Under the pieces are notes generated by a model that had not been told where the DNA came from, searched no databases, and saw only the letters and a program-made list of their open reading frames with translations. Shown here one piece after another: positions 1 through 12,816 of a stretch of DNA of 64,000 nt (positions are counted from its first letter, which is position 1; the number at the start of each line of letters is the position of its first letter). Source of the DNA: Laetmonice hystrix (lineage: Eukaryota); assembly GCA_965235115.1 (NCBI GenBank), contig OZ249451.1, positions 16,120,001-16,184,000 of the forward strand, in the 5' to 3' direction. Position numbers and translations under genes: made by a program.

Positions 1-1981
1 GGCTAACGTACCAATCAATAAAATTAGCATGTGTGGCACTGAGTGGGCTATTTCAAGTATACCACCCCTAACCGGCTTTGTACAACATTACTTTATACAT
101 TAGACTGCTGTGTACCCACACTGGACCTGGGATGAATGTTACTGATACCGTTCTCCTAGTTTCGTTACACGACCTCTAGATAAGTGGGTCGTCAATTACA
201 GATTGCCAGGTCTGTGGATATAGTTATACCAATACCTGTAATTATTATGCCTTGAGAAATGTTTAATTAATCATTACCACTTTTCTTTAGACTGGTGGTC
301 GGTGGGTGGGGTTGGGGGTGAATAGGGGCCCACTTAAGTTTCTAGGCACTCTCAAAGGGTGTCTTCTTTGGGAGTTTAGTGGACAAACTTGTTTGTGAAT
401 GGGCCCAATATTACACTGAATTGATGGGGGTCAATTGGAAGACGTTGAGTAGTCGTACCCGGCCCGGGTTGAAGTCGGAAGGAGGGGTCGGTCCTGGGCG
501 TACCATGGCCTAACGTTGGAGGACTTACTGGGGGTTGGGGGGTTGGGGGGTTGGGGGGGGGGGGTCTTTACTGTACCTGGCCGCTCACAACATCCCTCAA
601 ACTTGTGGGTATTACCGAGCCTGACGTAATTCAAGGCTAATCAATATTGGACATGGAAGGCAGGCACTGGTTGGCTGGTAAGACGATGTCTGCTGATTGG
701 TTATCGAGGCACATATTTTTTATATATATGCAGAATAAAGTCCGCAAGGTACGCAGAATTGGGGAATTTCCTCTGTGAATGATTCTATTGAAGGCGTGGC
801 TATAACATATTATACACCATTAATATGGTGTGGCTATTAGTGTTATATACCATGGTACAAAGAACAATATATTATTCACATAATGCCTTTGTTAAATACC
901 TGCCGGTCTTGATTGGTATCGTACTTTCAGAACTTTCTGAATGCCATTCACTTCTAGGGCCGACATCAATAGGAATTATTTTGACTCAACTAAGATTAGT
1001 GATGTGAAAAACACATACACTAAAACACCACAAAAGACCATAAAACACCACAAAACACCACATCACCTCCTTCACAAAACCCAGATACATTTTCTGGGCG
1101 GATACCAGCATAACGCCTGGAATCATTACGTTACCGTACGAAAACCATCACAGCAGGCAATAGGGATTCTGTACACAAAACATGAAACTATTTACCGTAT
1201 TTAATTCCTTGAAAAAAGTGAAAATCTAAATCACAGTCTCATTTATAATTTTCTAAATCGGCTGGTAATAAGTACAAGACGTACCAGCCACCAGGGAGGT
1301 TTCTTTTTCTCAACTTACAATTTATAGATGTAGCATAGTACATGGTGTTTTATGTTTGCCAGCAGACTAAATGTACCGCAATCGAACTTATGAATCTTTG
1401 GTGCTGAAAATGATAAATGTCCTCTTTTATATTGTGATCATGTAGTTACCAAACCTGCCGTTTGGGTGCTAACTTAAAACTTTAAAACCTGCTCAGGCGA
1501 TACTTGCTATGTGAGAGGCACCTTCCTCAGATATATCTGACAAAAGATCAGGGTGATTAAAAGTAGCTGACATTTGTGCAATAGATACCTTTGGAAATAC
1601 GAAAACTGAATTTTCCGCTAGCTTCACTCCCCGCCCTGTGTGAAGCATGAACGCTGAGGCACAATTCTCTCTGAACGATTTCCTGAAAGACGACATGGTA
1701 GGTAGGTTTTTTCCCACCACTGAATGCATAGATAACCACAGGCAAATCGTAGGACCGTGCTAAAACGAGTTACCACCATTGTCCACTAGATGGCGATGCT
1801 GACACCTTCTATTATTTGGAACGTTTTCAAACGTCTTCTCTTCTAATTCCCCACAAATTGTCTTTTCTAATGACACGAGTGTCTAGATTCTCCTCAGAAG
1901 ACAATATTTTTAGATGAGCCACACACCAGACGTCCTAAAACAAATTCTACTCAAGTCTAGCAGTTCAGACCTCATACATAC

Positions 1982-1987
1982 TTTATT
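1982..1987 (-). promoter_or_regulatory. Candidate polyadenylation signal (AATAAA) of the PNP-like gene
   Basis: tttatt on the + strand ~550 nt downstream of the stop codon; not validated. Confidence 0.3.
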
Positions 1988-2533
1988 GTAGCTTCGGAAG
2001 GCTTGATTCAGCAAATGCAGTCTGACCTTTTTGCAGTCAGACATAGGTTGGCAAACTGCCACCATAAAAAAAGGAAGGCAACATCAACAACAGGGCCCCG
2101 TGAACCCAAACAGTTCCCGTAACCATCAACAACAATGTTTTGTAAGCCCTGCTCCGGTAACAAAACTACAATCACTTCTGAGCCTCATGACCCCTCAACA
2201 CAATAAAAGCTAAATCCTGCGCTCTAGCGAATTAAACAAAAGAAGCTGCATTCTACATTGAATCTTGTAGGAGTAACATTCTCTCTTCCCGTTTCAATTT
2301 ACACTGAATATCTTTTGATCTCAATGTGACCCTACGGTGGGCTATAATAGCACATAAACAGTGCTATCTGCTTTCTTTAAACAGTGTCCATTACAATTGG
2401 TTTGGGCTTACTGCGACTACAGGATTTCTTGATAATGTTTTATGGTATTGCTCTATTGCAGAACCCAAAGATGATGCAGACTAATACAAATAAAAGCTAT
2501 GGTGATTATACTTAACAAATTGCATCTAGGATT

Positions 2534-3264
2534 CTACTCCGGCACTGGCAACCTTTCGATGATCTGTTTCATAACTGCTGCTGCCGCCAACGCTGAATAC
2601 GGCTGCCAGTCGACATTCTTCGTGCCATCCAAATAATCAGCGATTCCACGGATAAATACAAAACTGTCTTTGCGGTTACCCACCACGGACTCCAACACCT
2701 GGTCGAATTCCGTGTCAAAGCAAACACAATTGTGTTTTGTAGCAAAATCCAGGCGTAACTGATCGTCACGCACGACTGGTTTCCCTGAGGCGACCGTTCC
2801 GAACCGCATCATGGGTCGTCCTGCCTTCATCTCCTCCCCAGTTCCTTCCGGAGCCGGCGGGTGCCCCACCTCAATGACGTCATTTCCTCCTATATTCATG
2901 AACAGCCGATCCGTGGATGCGTCAGGGCGGTCAAAGTTCACCTCCTGACCTTGAAGGAGGGCTTGACCTTGGGCTACAGCGTCCTCCCAAGGACAGAAGC
3001 TCGGGTTGGCGGTGAATTCGCTGAAGATTTCTGTGGCGATCCGCTGGATGACGAGGTCCTGTGGCGACCAGACTTTACGCATGTACTGAACCTTGCCCGC
3101 TTCGTCGTACTTGAGAGCGTCGCAGTAAATGTAAACATGCCCAGCGTCGTTTGGTGTCGACACGACTACGTCACCGAGACGGCCATGTTTGTAGTAGTCA
3201 GTGTAGTGAGGAACGCCACCGCCGACACCAACTAGGAACACGTGCTCCACATCACCAAACGTAC
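2534..3264 (-). CDS. Last coding exon of a winged-helix + nucleoside phosphorylase (PNP_UDP_1/MTAN-like) domain protein
   Basis: Acceptor ttatttcag|GTACG at 3265, phase 1, stop TAG at 2534. Encodes GTFGDVEHVFLVGVGGGVP..RLGDVVVS..GTVASG..CFDTE..FIRGIADY..WQPYSALAAAA, the PNP/MTAN-fold motif series. Confidence 0.93.
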
Positions 3265-3635
3265 CTGAAATAAAGTCAGCCAACGTGTTTACATCATACA
3301 CTGGGCACCAACGATTAAAATACACCAATTCATTGCTAATTCACTGCAAGAACGGAGCAAGAGCCAGTGGCTTATCAGTGGTCAAATCACCAGGCCCTCG
3401 ACACAGGATAAATGTAGACAGAATATTCCTAGATACAAGGCTTGTGATGTTACAAACACAAGATAAAGTTATCTAAAAAATCAGGTGAAGGCTTCCTTCC
3501 TTTTACCAAATTATATTACGTAAATCTAGAAAAACATGGATTAATCCTAACAGCAAGCTTTGAGGCTAGTATTATCTAGCCCTATATCTACTACTGTTAG
3601 TATTTCGGATTTTTTCGTTCCGTTCTCAAACTCAC

Positions 3636-3761
3636 CTAGGAGCCGTGTTGTTGTGTTACCAGATGAGATCTGTGCTGCCCTCTGGCGACCAATGACGGGA
3701 AGCTTGGTGCTGACAATCTTGTGACCTCCAATCTGACCAATGGTGTACACGTTCGACTCAC
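3636..3761 (-). CDS. Internal exon of the PNP-like gene (GESNVYTIGQIGGHKIVSTKLP...TTTRLL)
   Basis: Acceptor gattggttgtag| and donor |GTGAGT; 126 nt, phase 1-1, frame-compatible with both neighbours. Confidence 0.9.
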   Translation of the reverse strand: MSRTCTPLVRLEVTRLSAPSFPSLVARGQHRSHLVTQQHGS

Positions 3762-4063
3762 CTACAACCAATCACAGCGTTCAGGGCTCAATTCTTGTTC
3801 AACTTAAGATCTTGTATAAGCTTAAGCTGAAGGCCTGCTATTGGTTGGTCTGCTGCGACCAACCAGAAGAGTTAAGCTTAAGCTTAAGCTAGATTCATTG
3901 AAGTAAGGTAATACTTGTTCCCAACACATCACAAATACCAGGAACCAGTTTATATATTGTTATATATTAAGAGATCTTTACGTAGCACCAGTGGGCGGCT
4001 TTGGTGTGGACAATTTTTGATTTTTACTAGTGTTTCTCGTCTCCAACAATAAAACCATCTTAC

Positions 4064-4207
4064 CCTCAGTCTTGTAGCGTACAAATGTTGTCTTGTTGGC
4101 CATCATGGCATCCACAGCCAGTTTCTCGTAGTATTTCGACGTGATGATGGCAATGGTTGGCTTGTTGCTTCCCGTTTGCACTGGCATATTTTTGACGACC
4201 TTGACCT
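4064..4207 (-). CDS. Internal exon, start of the PNP domain (EVKVVKNMP...PTIAIITSKYYEKLAVDAMM...RYKTE)
   Basis: Acceptor tttcctcccacag| and donor |GTAAGA; 144 nt, phase 1-1. IAIIT..E matches PNP/MTAN strand 1. Confidence 0.9.
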
Positions 4208-5609
4208 CTGTGGGAGGAAACAAGGTTAGTGGGTCATGCAGGTCAGTAAAAGCAGGTCGAAGGTCAAAGGTCAACATACAGCTTTAGTGAGCTGAGCACT
4301 CCAAGTCAGGGTAAAGTGTATGTTGAGTCAGATTATGACAGCAACTAGACCAGCTGGAGTTTAGTTCACAAAGCCACCACTAGGAGACACCCCTAAGATA
4401 TGAAAGTACCCAGGCACGTTAACCCATCAGTCTATCTATGAAGGTCTGACTCAAAGACTCCGCCTTCTTTTCTCCTGAGATTACTTTTCAAAGCCTACAT
4501 AAGCAAGTTGAACATAGACTGATAGTTACTACTGCCCCATGACACACTATATTGTTTAGTTGTGTTTTCTAAACCTAAAATTTAGTTTTGTAGCATTCAA
4601 AGAGTATTACTAAACCAAGTACCCTCTAGCTATATTTTATTTAACAAGTTTATTTTTGATTAGACAAGACTGACTGACACTGGCGGCTCACAGTTGGAGA
4701 ACAGGCACAGCTGGCAGGATCATGAAAGTTTACAGAGTCGGCCATAGGAGGTAAATTGTTAATACTGAGAACTATTATTCTGAAAGGGTGTGGATTAGGG
4801 AGGGAGTATTTTGTGGGAACAGAAGCTGACGTCAGCAACGATTCTTAATGAAAACATGGCGACAAAAGTCAACTGGGGACAAAAAACTAGCAGTCACTCA
4901 ATCTCATTCTCTGTACTGCTTGGCAAATATTTCATAACATTATTGGCAAAAACGGGGTACAAAAAAACTCAAAAAATACACCAATTAAAGGCAATGTTAC
5001 AAAATGATAAATAAATACTTCTTTTAGTAGTGGTTTTCTGAGTTTCAAAAAGTAGGAGCATTTATACTGATTTTCTTTACAATTATAACAAGAGAATATT
5101 GTTTAAATCCATCACTTCACAATTACATGGATGTCGCACATTTACTGACAGAAATTAAACCTCTTTGTATACAAGGGCTTGTTAGTCCCAACTAGTTAGT
5201 CTACTTTATTTAGCTCAGACCTCTTGAACATGCATATGATATACAAAGAAGTCAACATTACTTCCAATTAGTAGACTTTTCTTTCACTGATAGTCATTCT
5301 AAAAACCTTTCCCAATATTATCATTATTAGCATTCAAACTCCATACTTCAGTTAGCTTTGTTTCATACTTATATTTTTCTGAGTTAGTATAGCAATAATA
5401 TTAGAATTCAGGTATTTTTTATTACGGGGCAGGGGAATACTTCTGCCAAGTTTAAACAATTCAAATAAAATACATTTGCAGATTTTACCCATGCCTCTGC
5501 TATCCACCTTTACATGGCCTGTATCCATGGCAACAACTATCGCCGAGTTCCAAAAAATACTGGATCTGCGCATTTGGTTGCCATGGTTACGGGCCGTTGC
5601 TATGCGTAC

Positions 5610-5728
5610 CTGTGTTGTCGTCAAGGACGCGTCGGACGAACCTGCCGGGCTCGACCTCGCGGATGAGGTCACGGCCCTGCAACATTCTCAGTTGTTCAGC
5701 GACCATACTCTCATCTGCGTTGGTCAGA
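5610..5728 (-). CDS. Internal exon, winged-helix-like segment (LTNADESMVAEQLRMLQGRDLIREVEPGRFVRR)
   Basis: Acceptor ttttcttgcag| and donor |GTACGC; 119 nt, phase 2-1. Helix followed by the L...G.I.EV..G.F.R wing pattern. Confidence 0.85.
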
Positions 5729-5979
5729 CTGCAAGAAAAAATAACAATAGAACGATGTCCTGGTTAATAAGGCCCAAAAAAAATAGTTTCGTTTCTTGTC
5801 CTTTCATATCAAAAAGTTGGTGCGGTGATGCGGTTTTTTTTATTTCTTTTTTTTGTGGATGCAACCAGACCAATGGCCGATTCTTCGAATGCAATTGGTT
5901 TTGGGGACATGAAGAAATCTGGAAGAAAAAACTAATGCAATGATGTTTTTAATGTTTTTGACAGTGGTTAGTCAGTTAC

Positions 5980-6088
5980 CTGGCCAGATCCTCCACCGGA
6001 AGAATGTTGGGGTAGGCCGACTCCAGGGTGTGAAGTACCTGCTCCTGTACGATCGCTTCCTTGGGTCTCGTGTCCTCCCGTGACATTC
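5980..6088 (-). CDS. Internal exon, winged-helix-like N-half (MSREDTRPKEAIVQEQVLHTLESAYPNILPVEDLA)
   Basis: Acceptor ttttttctccag| and donor |GTAACT; 109 nt, phase 1-2, joins the next exon in frame. Confidence 0.85.
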
Positions 6089-7507
6089 CTGGAGAAAAAA
6101 AAAACAACCGTTAGTGACATCTGGTGGTTGATTGGGATACTAGCAGATTATCATCACAAGGTCCCCCCCCCCCTCTTTCCCGGCTGGAGCCCCCCCCCCC
6201 CCCCGCGCCTGGAGAAACCATCCACCTCCCTCCTTAATCAAGACTTTTAACATGAAATATGACCTAACCTAAATATCAGGCTGTATACACTTCCCCCAAT
6301 TCCATATTTCCTAGGCTATGAACAAAACAGGTTACGCAATGCTTTTTATTGTAAAAAAAATATGGCAACCGTCTTCGATGGTGTTTTATTTTTGCATTGT
6401 AGAAAATATTGAACAATAATATAAGACCCCTTGATTGAAGAACTCGTAAAAGACATCTTGACAGTTTGTATAATGCCGGCTAGGTTTTCTTGGAGAGGGG
6501 GACAATAGCATACCAAGAAGAAAGTTCAAGTACCACCAAGAACCTCATTGCTACATTTCCTCAAATAATATTTCAAAGAACCCTCACACATGAGTTTGTA
6601 GATATCAACAGGGTATGTAAAGTGTTTTTGTAGAATAGTATGGAAAAATGTAACTTCATGCAGAACTCGTATAATATCAACATGTCGTCAAGAAAACTAA
6701 ACCAATAAAAAAATCCAAACCCTCATCCACCAACACACACACACTGCCTCTTCTATAAAAACCATCTGTGTCTAAAGAAACCAGCTCAAACACAACTCAA
6801 TATCATAACAACATCTACAAAGTAACTGTTCCGACTACGCATTTTAGTCCACTGTTTTACATTCTCAACTTAAATGCTAATATTAAATGGGCCTGAAGCC
6901 TAACTCGTCTACTGGCCCAATAACTGATACTAACTGTGTCTTAACTGAACAGTAAAACGTCATGTTAGTAAGTTCTCAATCTTCACTATCTGATAGGGAA
7001 AGGCCTGACGTTTTCGTGACAAATCTTTTCTAATAATTATACCCTCTGGAGTGCATCTAAAATGAGGTAAAATTAATATTAAAATTTTGTGGGTTAAATT
7101 GATTTTTGAAATCAGGTTTGAGTTATTTATGAATGTATTTATATTCCTGCCGTAACATTGCAAGGACGTTTATGAAATATTGTCTGAATATAATTCTGAA
7201 TTTAACTACAGTGTCAGTAAACTAACTTAAACTTATCATGGGTCAGATGATCTATGTTTGAACATCATGCATCAATCCAGTCTCACTACAACACACACAC
7301 ATCACCGATTAATCTACCAACTACAGAAAAAAAACAAAAACAAACACTATCCAGACGGAGAAATCCAGAGAAGTACAAAAAATAAAATCACGAAACACCA
7401 CTACCAGGGTCAGAGAAACCTTTATAATGGATGGTAACTCAGGATGGACAATAAACTCCAAATACGTTTCCATGCCAACCACTGGTCTGCAGCCAATCCT
7501 TACTTAC

Positions 7508-7528
7508 CCTCATCGTCGTAATTCATTG
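7508..7528 (-). CDS. Candidate 21-nt micro-exon (xMNYDDE)
   Basis: Long polypyrimidine tract tttgtttttccccttgtgttttcaccgtgtag| and consensus donor G|GTAAGT; phase 1-1, frame-preserving, no stop. Confidence 0.6.
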
Positions 7529-9121
7529 CTACACGGTGAAAACACAAGGGGAAAAACAAAAAATCTTGAATGAAAAATTTCATCCTGTATCTTTAAGATC
7601 TCGGTAACATGACATGATAGGAAATCTTTGCGATGAAAAGGTCCCTGAAATCTTGAGTCCCGGTGAAGTCCTCGTACTTTCCAGGGACTGTCCCAGTGGT
7701 GGATGCGACCTGTAATCAGGTACCTCCACTGCACCTTCGCACGCCTTACTAGGTAACTTGAGTATGCCATATTATTGATCAACTAGATATCATGCTTTTA
7801 CTAAACCTACTTCAGCTATCAATATCGATTTTCAGGCACGTTGCACTAAAGCGTAAGATCTGAGCTGCTCTCGCTATGTACTGTCTAGGAAGCTGAACTA
7901 ACATTTCCGTATTGGCTTTAATGAGTTAAAATGATACATATATATACAAACATATGTTTGTAAATCATGACATGACGAGAGATGGCGACAGGCAAGGTGA
8001 AAGTCACAACACCAATCATGCATGACGGGATATCGTTCAGCACTTCTCATTGTCACGTGACTACGTAACGTCATCAGTATTTTATAGATTCATTCCACGC
8101 TCTGTCCTTAGGGCATTTATCAAGCACAAGCAGATTCTATCAACTAGCAACTTTCTGGCGAGAAGGTCAAACTTTTAGTGATAAAAAAAACAAACATGAT
8201 TTTGTTCCTTATTTCTAGAATAAAGTGATGGGTTAAACTTAATACTAAACAACGCTTTGAAGCCAAACGTGCCTCCTGATGCAATTAAACACGAACTTAT
8301 TTTGTAAATCCACAAGGAATCCATAATCAAACTGGGGTTTGGGTTCTGAACCAATGGTTCAAAAGTTCATAAAGCAATAACACCAAGTTTAATCCCTCAA
8401 AATGGTGAATCCCTCATACTGAAAACCATTAGAAAAAGTGAAAACGCAACCAACAAAGTGTCACAGAAAAAGTCTTTGGGATTTGATGGGTCAATAGTCC
8501 CAAAGTAACACAAAACTGGGAGAAGTGAAAATGCTGGTTGGCGGGGGGGGGGGGGATATCGAGCTGAAAATTTAACTTGGTGACTAACCCCCAGCCCCGC
8601 AGGGCACTGTCAGGCAGCTTTTAAATGCTTCCACTGTCACTTCCTGCTCTAAACGTTCCGCTGAAAAAGAGGCTCAAAATACAGCGATTGCTGCTACCAC
8701 CTGGTGGCCACATCCGAAACGACCACCATCTGGCCAAAACATCCGGGGTCTTGGAATTTATAATTTCATAAGGGACCGTAGAACTGGGGAAATCAAACAA
8801 AATTATTCCTGGGGGTTGAATCTTGTGTTTAGATCTAATGAGGCAGCAACAAATAAATATTAAAAAAAAAAAAAAATAGCAGGTTAAACGTGCATGACTA
8901 CGCCAAACTAATGCAAGGGCTCAACCCTCCTAACAAACAAATAAAACAATCTTCAAACAACAGCATGCATTTGGAAATAACTGCTCCACCCGCCATCGGG
9001 TAAAACCAGTTATACCAAAACCCAGTTTACCAACAGCTTCACTACGAGTGTGTATACATCTATAAAACTCAGTGCAACCAGAGACATTAAGCTATGTTCC
9101 TCATTTGACGACCAAACTCAC

Positions 9122-9145
9122 CTGAAGCGTCTCTGAAATTGGCAT
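9122..9145 (-). CDS. Candidate 24-nt micro-exon (DANFRDAS)
   Basis: Acceptor gtgtctttgttctag| and consensus donor CAG|GTGAGT; phase 1-1, frame-preserving, no stop. Confidence 0.6.
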
Positions 9146-9804
9146 CTAGAACAAAGACACGTGAAGGACTAGGGTCAACAAGGGGGGTCACAAGCTAGCC
9201 ATTCATTAGCGTTCAGTGCTGCTAACTGTTAGTTATCTTACACGCAAGGTTGATGTCAACGCAGACAACTAGATACACACACCCAACTAAAATATCCACA
9301 ACGGATTACTTGATGCACGTGGTCAACCCAAATTTCATACGACACACATGGCCAGTGCAACAATATCAGGCAGTGTTGTATGAACACTTAAATAAAATCC
9401 CCGACAGGAATTTCACAATTGCAGAACATTCCCCAAATGTAGGCCGTCTTTTCCTTAGCTCTCGTTTTAAATATCCTTGCATATTGCTTATGTATTCATT
9501 CATAAATAGGGCGACTTAGGATATTGCTTTTGCATCACCTTATCTTAATTTAGGTTTAGTATACGCTGCTCAGGAATATAGTGTACACTGAATGTTATTT
9601 AGCAAAGATTAAAATTAAAGCTGAGACTTGATTTCTTAAAACTTAAAATGAAACATTAGGCTGACTTATATACAATGTGAATGACGAGTAAAACTCTTAC
9701 GATGAAGATAAATTAAATGTGGCAGTGTTCTGTGAAACCCTTACGATGAAGATAAATTAAATGTGGCAGTGTTCTGTGCCTGAGGATGGTAACTGAGTAC
9801 ATAC

Positions 9805-9927
9805 CAGGACTGGGGGCCGGGTTGTCTGCCTCCTCTAGTGTCGTCAGGTCTACGTCAACCTTCTTGATCTGGGAATACCGGGGTGCTTGGAGCTGTTTCA
9901 TTACTCGCTTGATAAAACCAACGTAAT
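9805..9927 (-). CDS. Internal exon (DYVGFIKRVMKQLQAPRYSQIKKVDVDLTTLEEADNPAPSP)
   Basis: Acceptor ttattgacag| and donor |GTATGT; 123 nt, phase 1-1. Confidence 0.85.
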
Positions 9928-10126
9928 CTGTCAATAATAAATAATATGACATAACATACCTGCAGAAAACAGTTGAGGAGTTCTAACACAGACATATTGT
10001 TTAAAACATTTTACCAGTTTAAAACTTTTAATTACATTGTTATTGGCTCTTGGGAAATACAATGCTATAATACAAATTATCAACTATTGAGAGCAAATTA
10101 ACGAAAGTCACAAACTTTGAAATTAC

Positions 10127-10238
10127 CTCGTGGGAAGTTGTCAGGTTTCACCAGCTCTCTGAAAAACTCATACGCTCCCGTTACCTTGTCCAGGTAGTCG
10201 GTGTCGGGAGCAAACCAAAACTTGAGCACTCGACTTTC
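10127..10238 (-). CDS. Internal exon (ESRVLKFWFAPDTDYLDKVTGAYEFFRELVKPDNFPR)
   Basis: Acceptor ttcttgttgacag| and donor |GTAATT; 112 nt, phase 0-1. Not in the ORF track; found by hand. Confidence 0.85.
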
Positions 10239-10700
10239 CTGTCAACAAGAAAATATTTCTGTTTTTAAATTAAATTCCATCAAGAAAATTGGTGAGATTT
10301 GTTTTCGCTGCAGTGGTCACTCTTGCGTTACAAAATTAGAACGTAGAACGAACTTCATGGCGATAGTGCGCACTGTTGGCAATAGGTGGCAGCACTGTCC
10401 TCTCCCGTCCCGCCAAGTGTTGCGAGCAGACGACACAAACTCTCCATTGTACATGCACAGACATGAATAATAGCCTTACAAAAAATTCACATGACAACAA
10501 CCTCGACTTAAAAAAACTCTTTTTGTTCATGACAGGTGAAGCATGTCTTAGCTAGTACTACAAAAAAGTAACTTGGAATACATGCCGTACACTGTTACAG
10601 ATCAAAAAAAGTCTAGAGAAAACTGAGCACGACTTTTACATTATGATTCAGTAAAAGTTGTCATAATCATAATTTTGTCAAGCTGGAGTCTTTAACTTAC

Positions 10701-10786
10701 GGGAATGTGTTTGCCAGTCTTGTTGTCGACAAGGAAACATTTAAACTCCAGTTGTAACTGTGGTTGTTTGTCCAGGTCAGAGTCCC
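10701..10786 (-). CDS. Internal exon (GDSDLDKQPQLQLEFKCFLVDNKTGKHIP)
   Basis: Acceptor gtttgtgtttgtag| and donor |GTAAGT; 86 nt, phase 1-0, exactly bridging the phases of the flanking exons. Confidence 0.85.
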
Positions 10787-12816
10787 CTACAAACACAAAC
10801 ATGCAAACTTCTAAATATTGTCAAAAGTGTTATTTTATAAAGGTGAACTAATGACCTTTCAAACCAAAAGGCTTTTATAACCCAGTGGTCTTTATGGTTT
10901 CCTGACTGAGAGTTTTAATCTCAAGTGTTATAAATTATAAATTATCTTGGCAGCTTGTCAGAAGAAAGGTTTTGGTGGGGTGAGTACTTGTCAAGATATT
11001 GTCCTTTCTGAAACTCTATCTCAAAAATATATCATGTTACTGAACTTCTTAAATATATGAGGATAGCTTCAGCCTAGTTAGAGAATCTCTGTGGGTTAGA
11101 TTCCAAGTACGATGTAAATCCTGTATCCCGATTGTGGCAGTTAAAACAATCAATATGAAGCGGCTCAGGCCTGTGGTCTGTACCATTTAAAGCTAGGCCA
11201 GGCATAAAAACAGAGTAATATAACCAAAATATTTTCACGAAGAGTAGGGAACTAGGTTACCTTCCTAACCATCAATAATGGACGGAATCAGTTGAAATAC
11301 TCTATAATATTTAATCTCGCACAGAAGATAACTACAAAATACCAACAGCTACCACCAATCACTCAATGTTTTTAGGCAGGTGGCCAGGACCAACTGACCA
11401 AACTGTACCTGGGGGTGTGAGTGAAGCTAATTATACGAGGCCAAGTTGGGGGTCTGAGGTTGAGATCACCGACCCTACCGCCATCTGTCGTCATTCCCAG
11501 ACATTAATCACTTACTACGTCACAGATTACCATATACAAACAGATTGGAAACGGCCATAGTAATGACGTGAAACAAAGATGGCGTCACAATTCAGTGATT
11601 TGTCAGTGGCGACACCATGCGTCGGAGGAGATAAACTAAACGCCCTCCATAGGAAAAGCATGGCGTGACAGGTTTAGGACAACATATCTGACAAATGACC
11701 TGCATTTGGTGGCAGGCGTAAAAAAATACGGTACTCGGATGCCTAGGGAAGCCATATTTTCCCGGTAGGCTACCAACCTATGTCCAAAATGGGACTGAGG
11801 ACGTTCCCAGCCGGGCTCATGCATAACTTGCCACAGGCGCATTGTAGTTTATCTCACCATTCGCCAGGTGTCACTAGTGGTCACGGGCGCAAACCGGAAG
11901 TTTCAAATCGGCCTATCTCGTTTCCAATCTGTTTGTGTATGCTAATCTGTGACTACGTGAACATTTCCCTGTCCACTGTCCTTACCAACGGACCCGAGGG
12001 CAGACTGGGAGAGGGAGTCAGTCATGAAAACAATACACTTAGACATTTTCTAAGGGCTAAGACGAGGACTTAAGACTTAAGTCAGGTTTGGATACATAGT
12101 TTCTTGGTCTCACAAAGAAAATGGTCGACAATTATAGGAAAGAAATGGAAAATATGTGGTTTCTCTGGCTTAGAATTACAAGAGGTAAAATGGAGGATAC
12201 TTGACCAAATGGAAATTATCTTGCTTTCCTAGTTTATGCTCTCTGCACATGTATATTTATCATCCATTTTTAAAAAAAACTACGATCAGTGCTTGTCATG
12301 ATGAACTGCCGACAGAAGTTCATGACCTCAATACGTATGTCTGGTCCGCTGACCTCCTTGACCTTCACGTTGGAGTAGACCTCAGCCTGCTGCGTTAAAA
12401 GGTGCTCCCCTGGTAACTGTTTGTCAATGACAGGTCAGAGGTCAAGGTCAAAGGTCACATACCGACAGACCTCCCCTGGACACTTAGAGTATACAGTGGT
12501 GTATCACTATAGACCCCCTGCTGAAGACAAGCGTATCGCATGTGTTGGTGGTGTGGGGACCACCCGATAGAGGGCACTAGTAGTAACTGAAGTCAATCTC
12601 AGCTGAATTGTTCTGGTTCAGCAAAACTGGGCAAGATCGATTTTGAAAGGATGTTAAAACTGCAAACTGCCTGGGTACTTTTTGATGATCCTTCTTTCCA
12701 TCTGACAAACTTAATGACGTCGCGATCCCGTGAAGATTTCTTGAACTGTCATTTGTTCAATGTACCACTTCACAAAGAATGAACAAAGAACAAACAAAGA
12801 ATGAAGCTAGTCTTAC

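Noticed and set aside
2861-3235. + strand ORFs opposite real exons (also 5476-5943 and 12779-13123)
   Set aside because: Antisense shadows of the minus-strand coding exons.
7510-7782. 90-aa ORF as an alternative terminal exon (acceptor at 7709)
   Set aside because: The polypyrimidine tract is poor, there is no family resemblance, and the nearby strong splice sites are explained by the 21-nt micro-exon.
8160-8520. AT-rich stretch suspected to be a mitochondrial insertion (NUMT)
   Set aside because: My translation matched no mitochondrial protein or rRNA motif that I could recognise.
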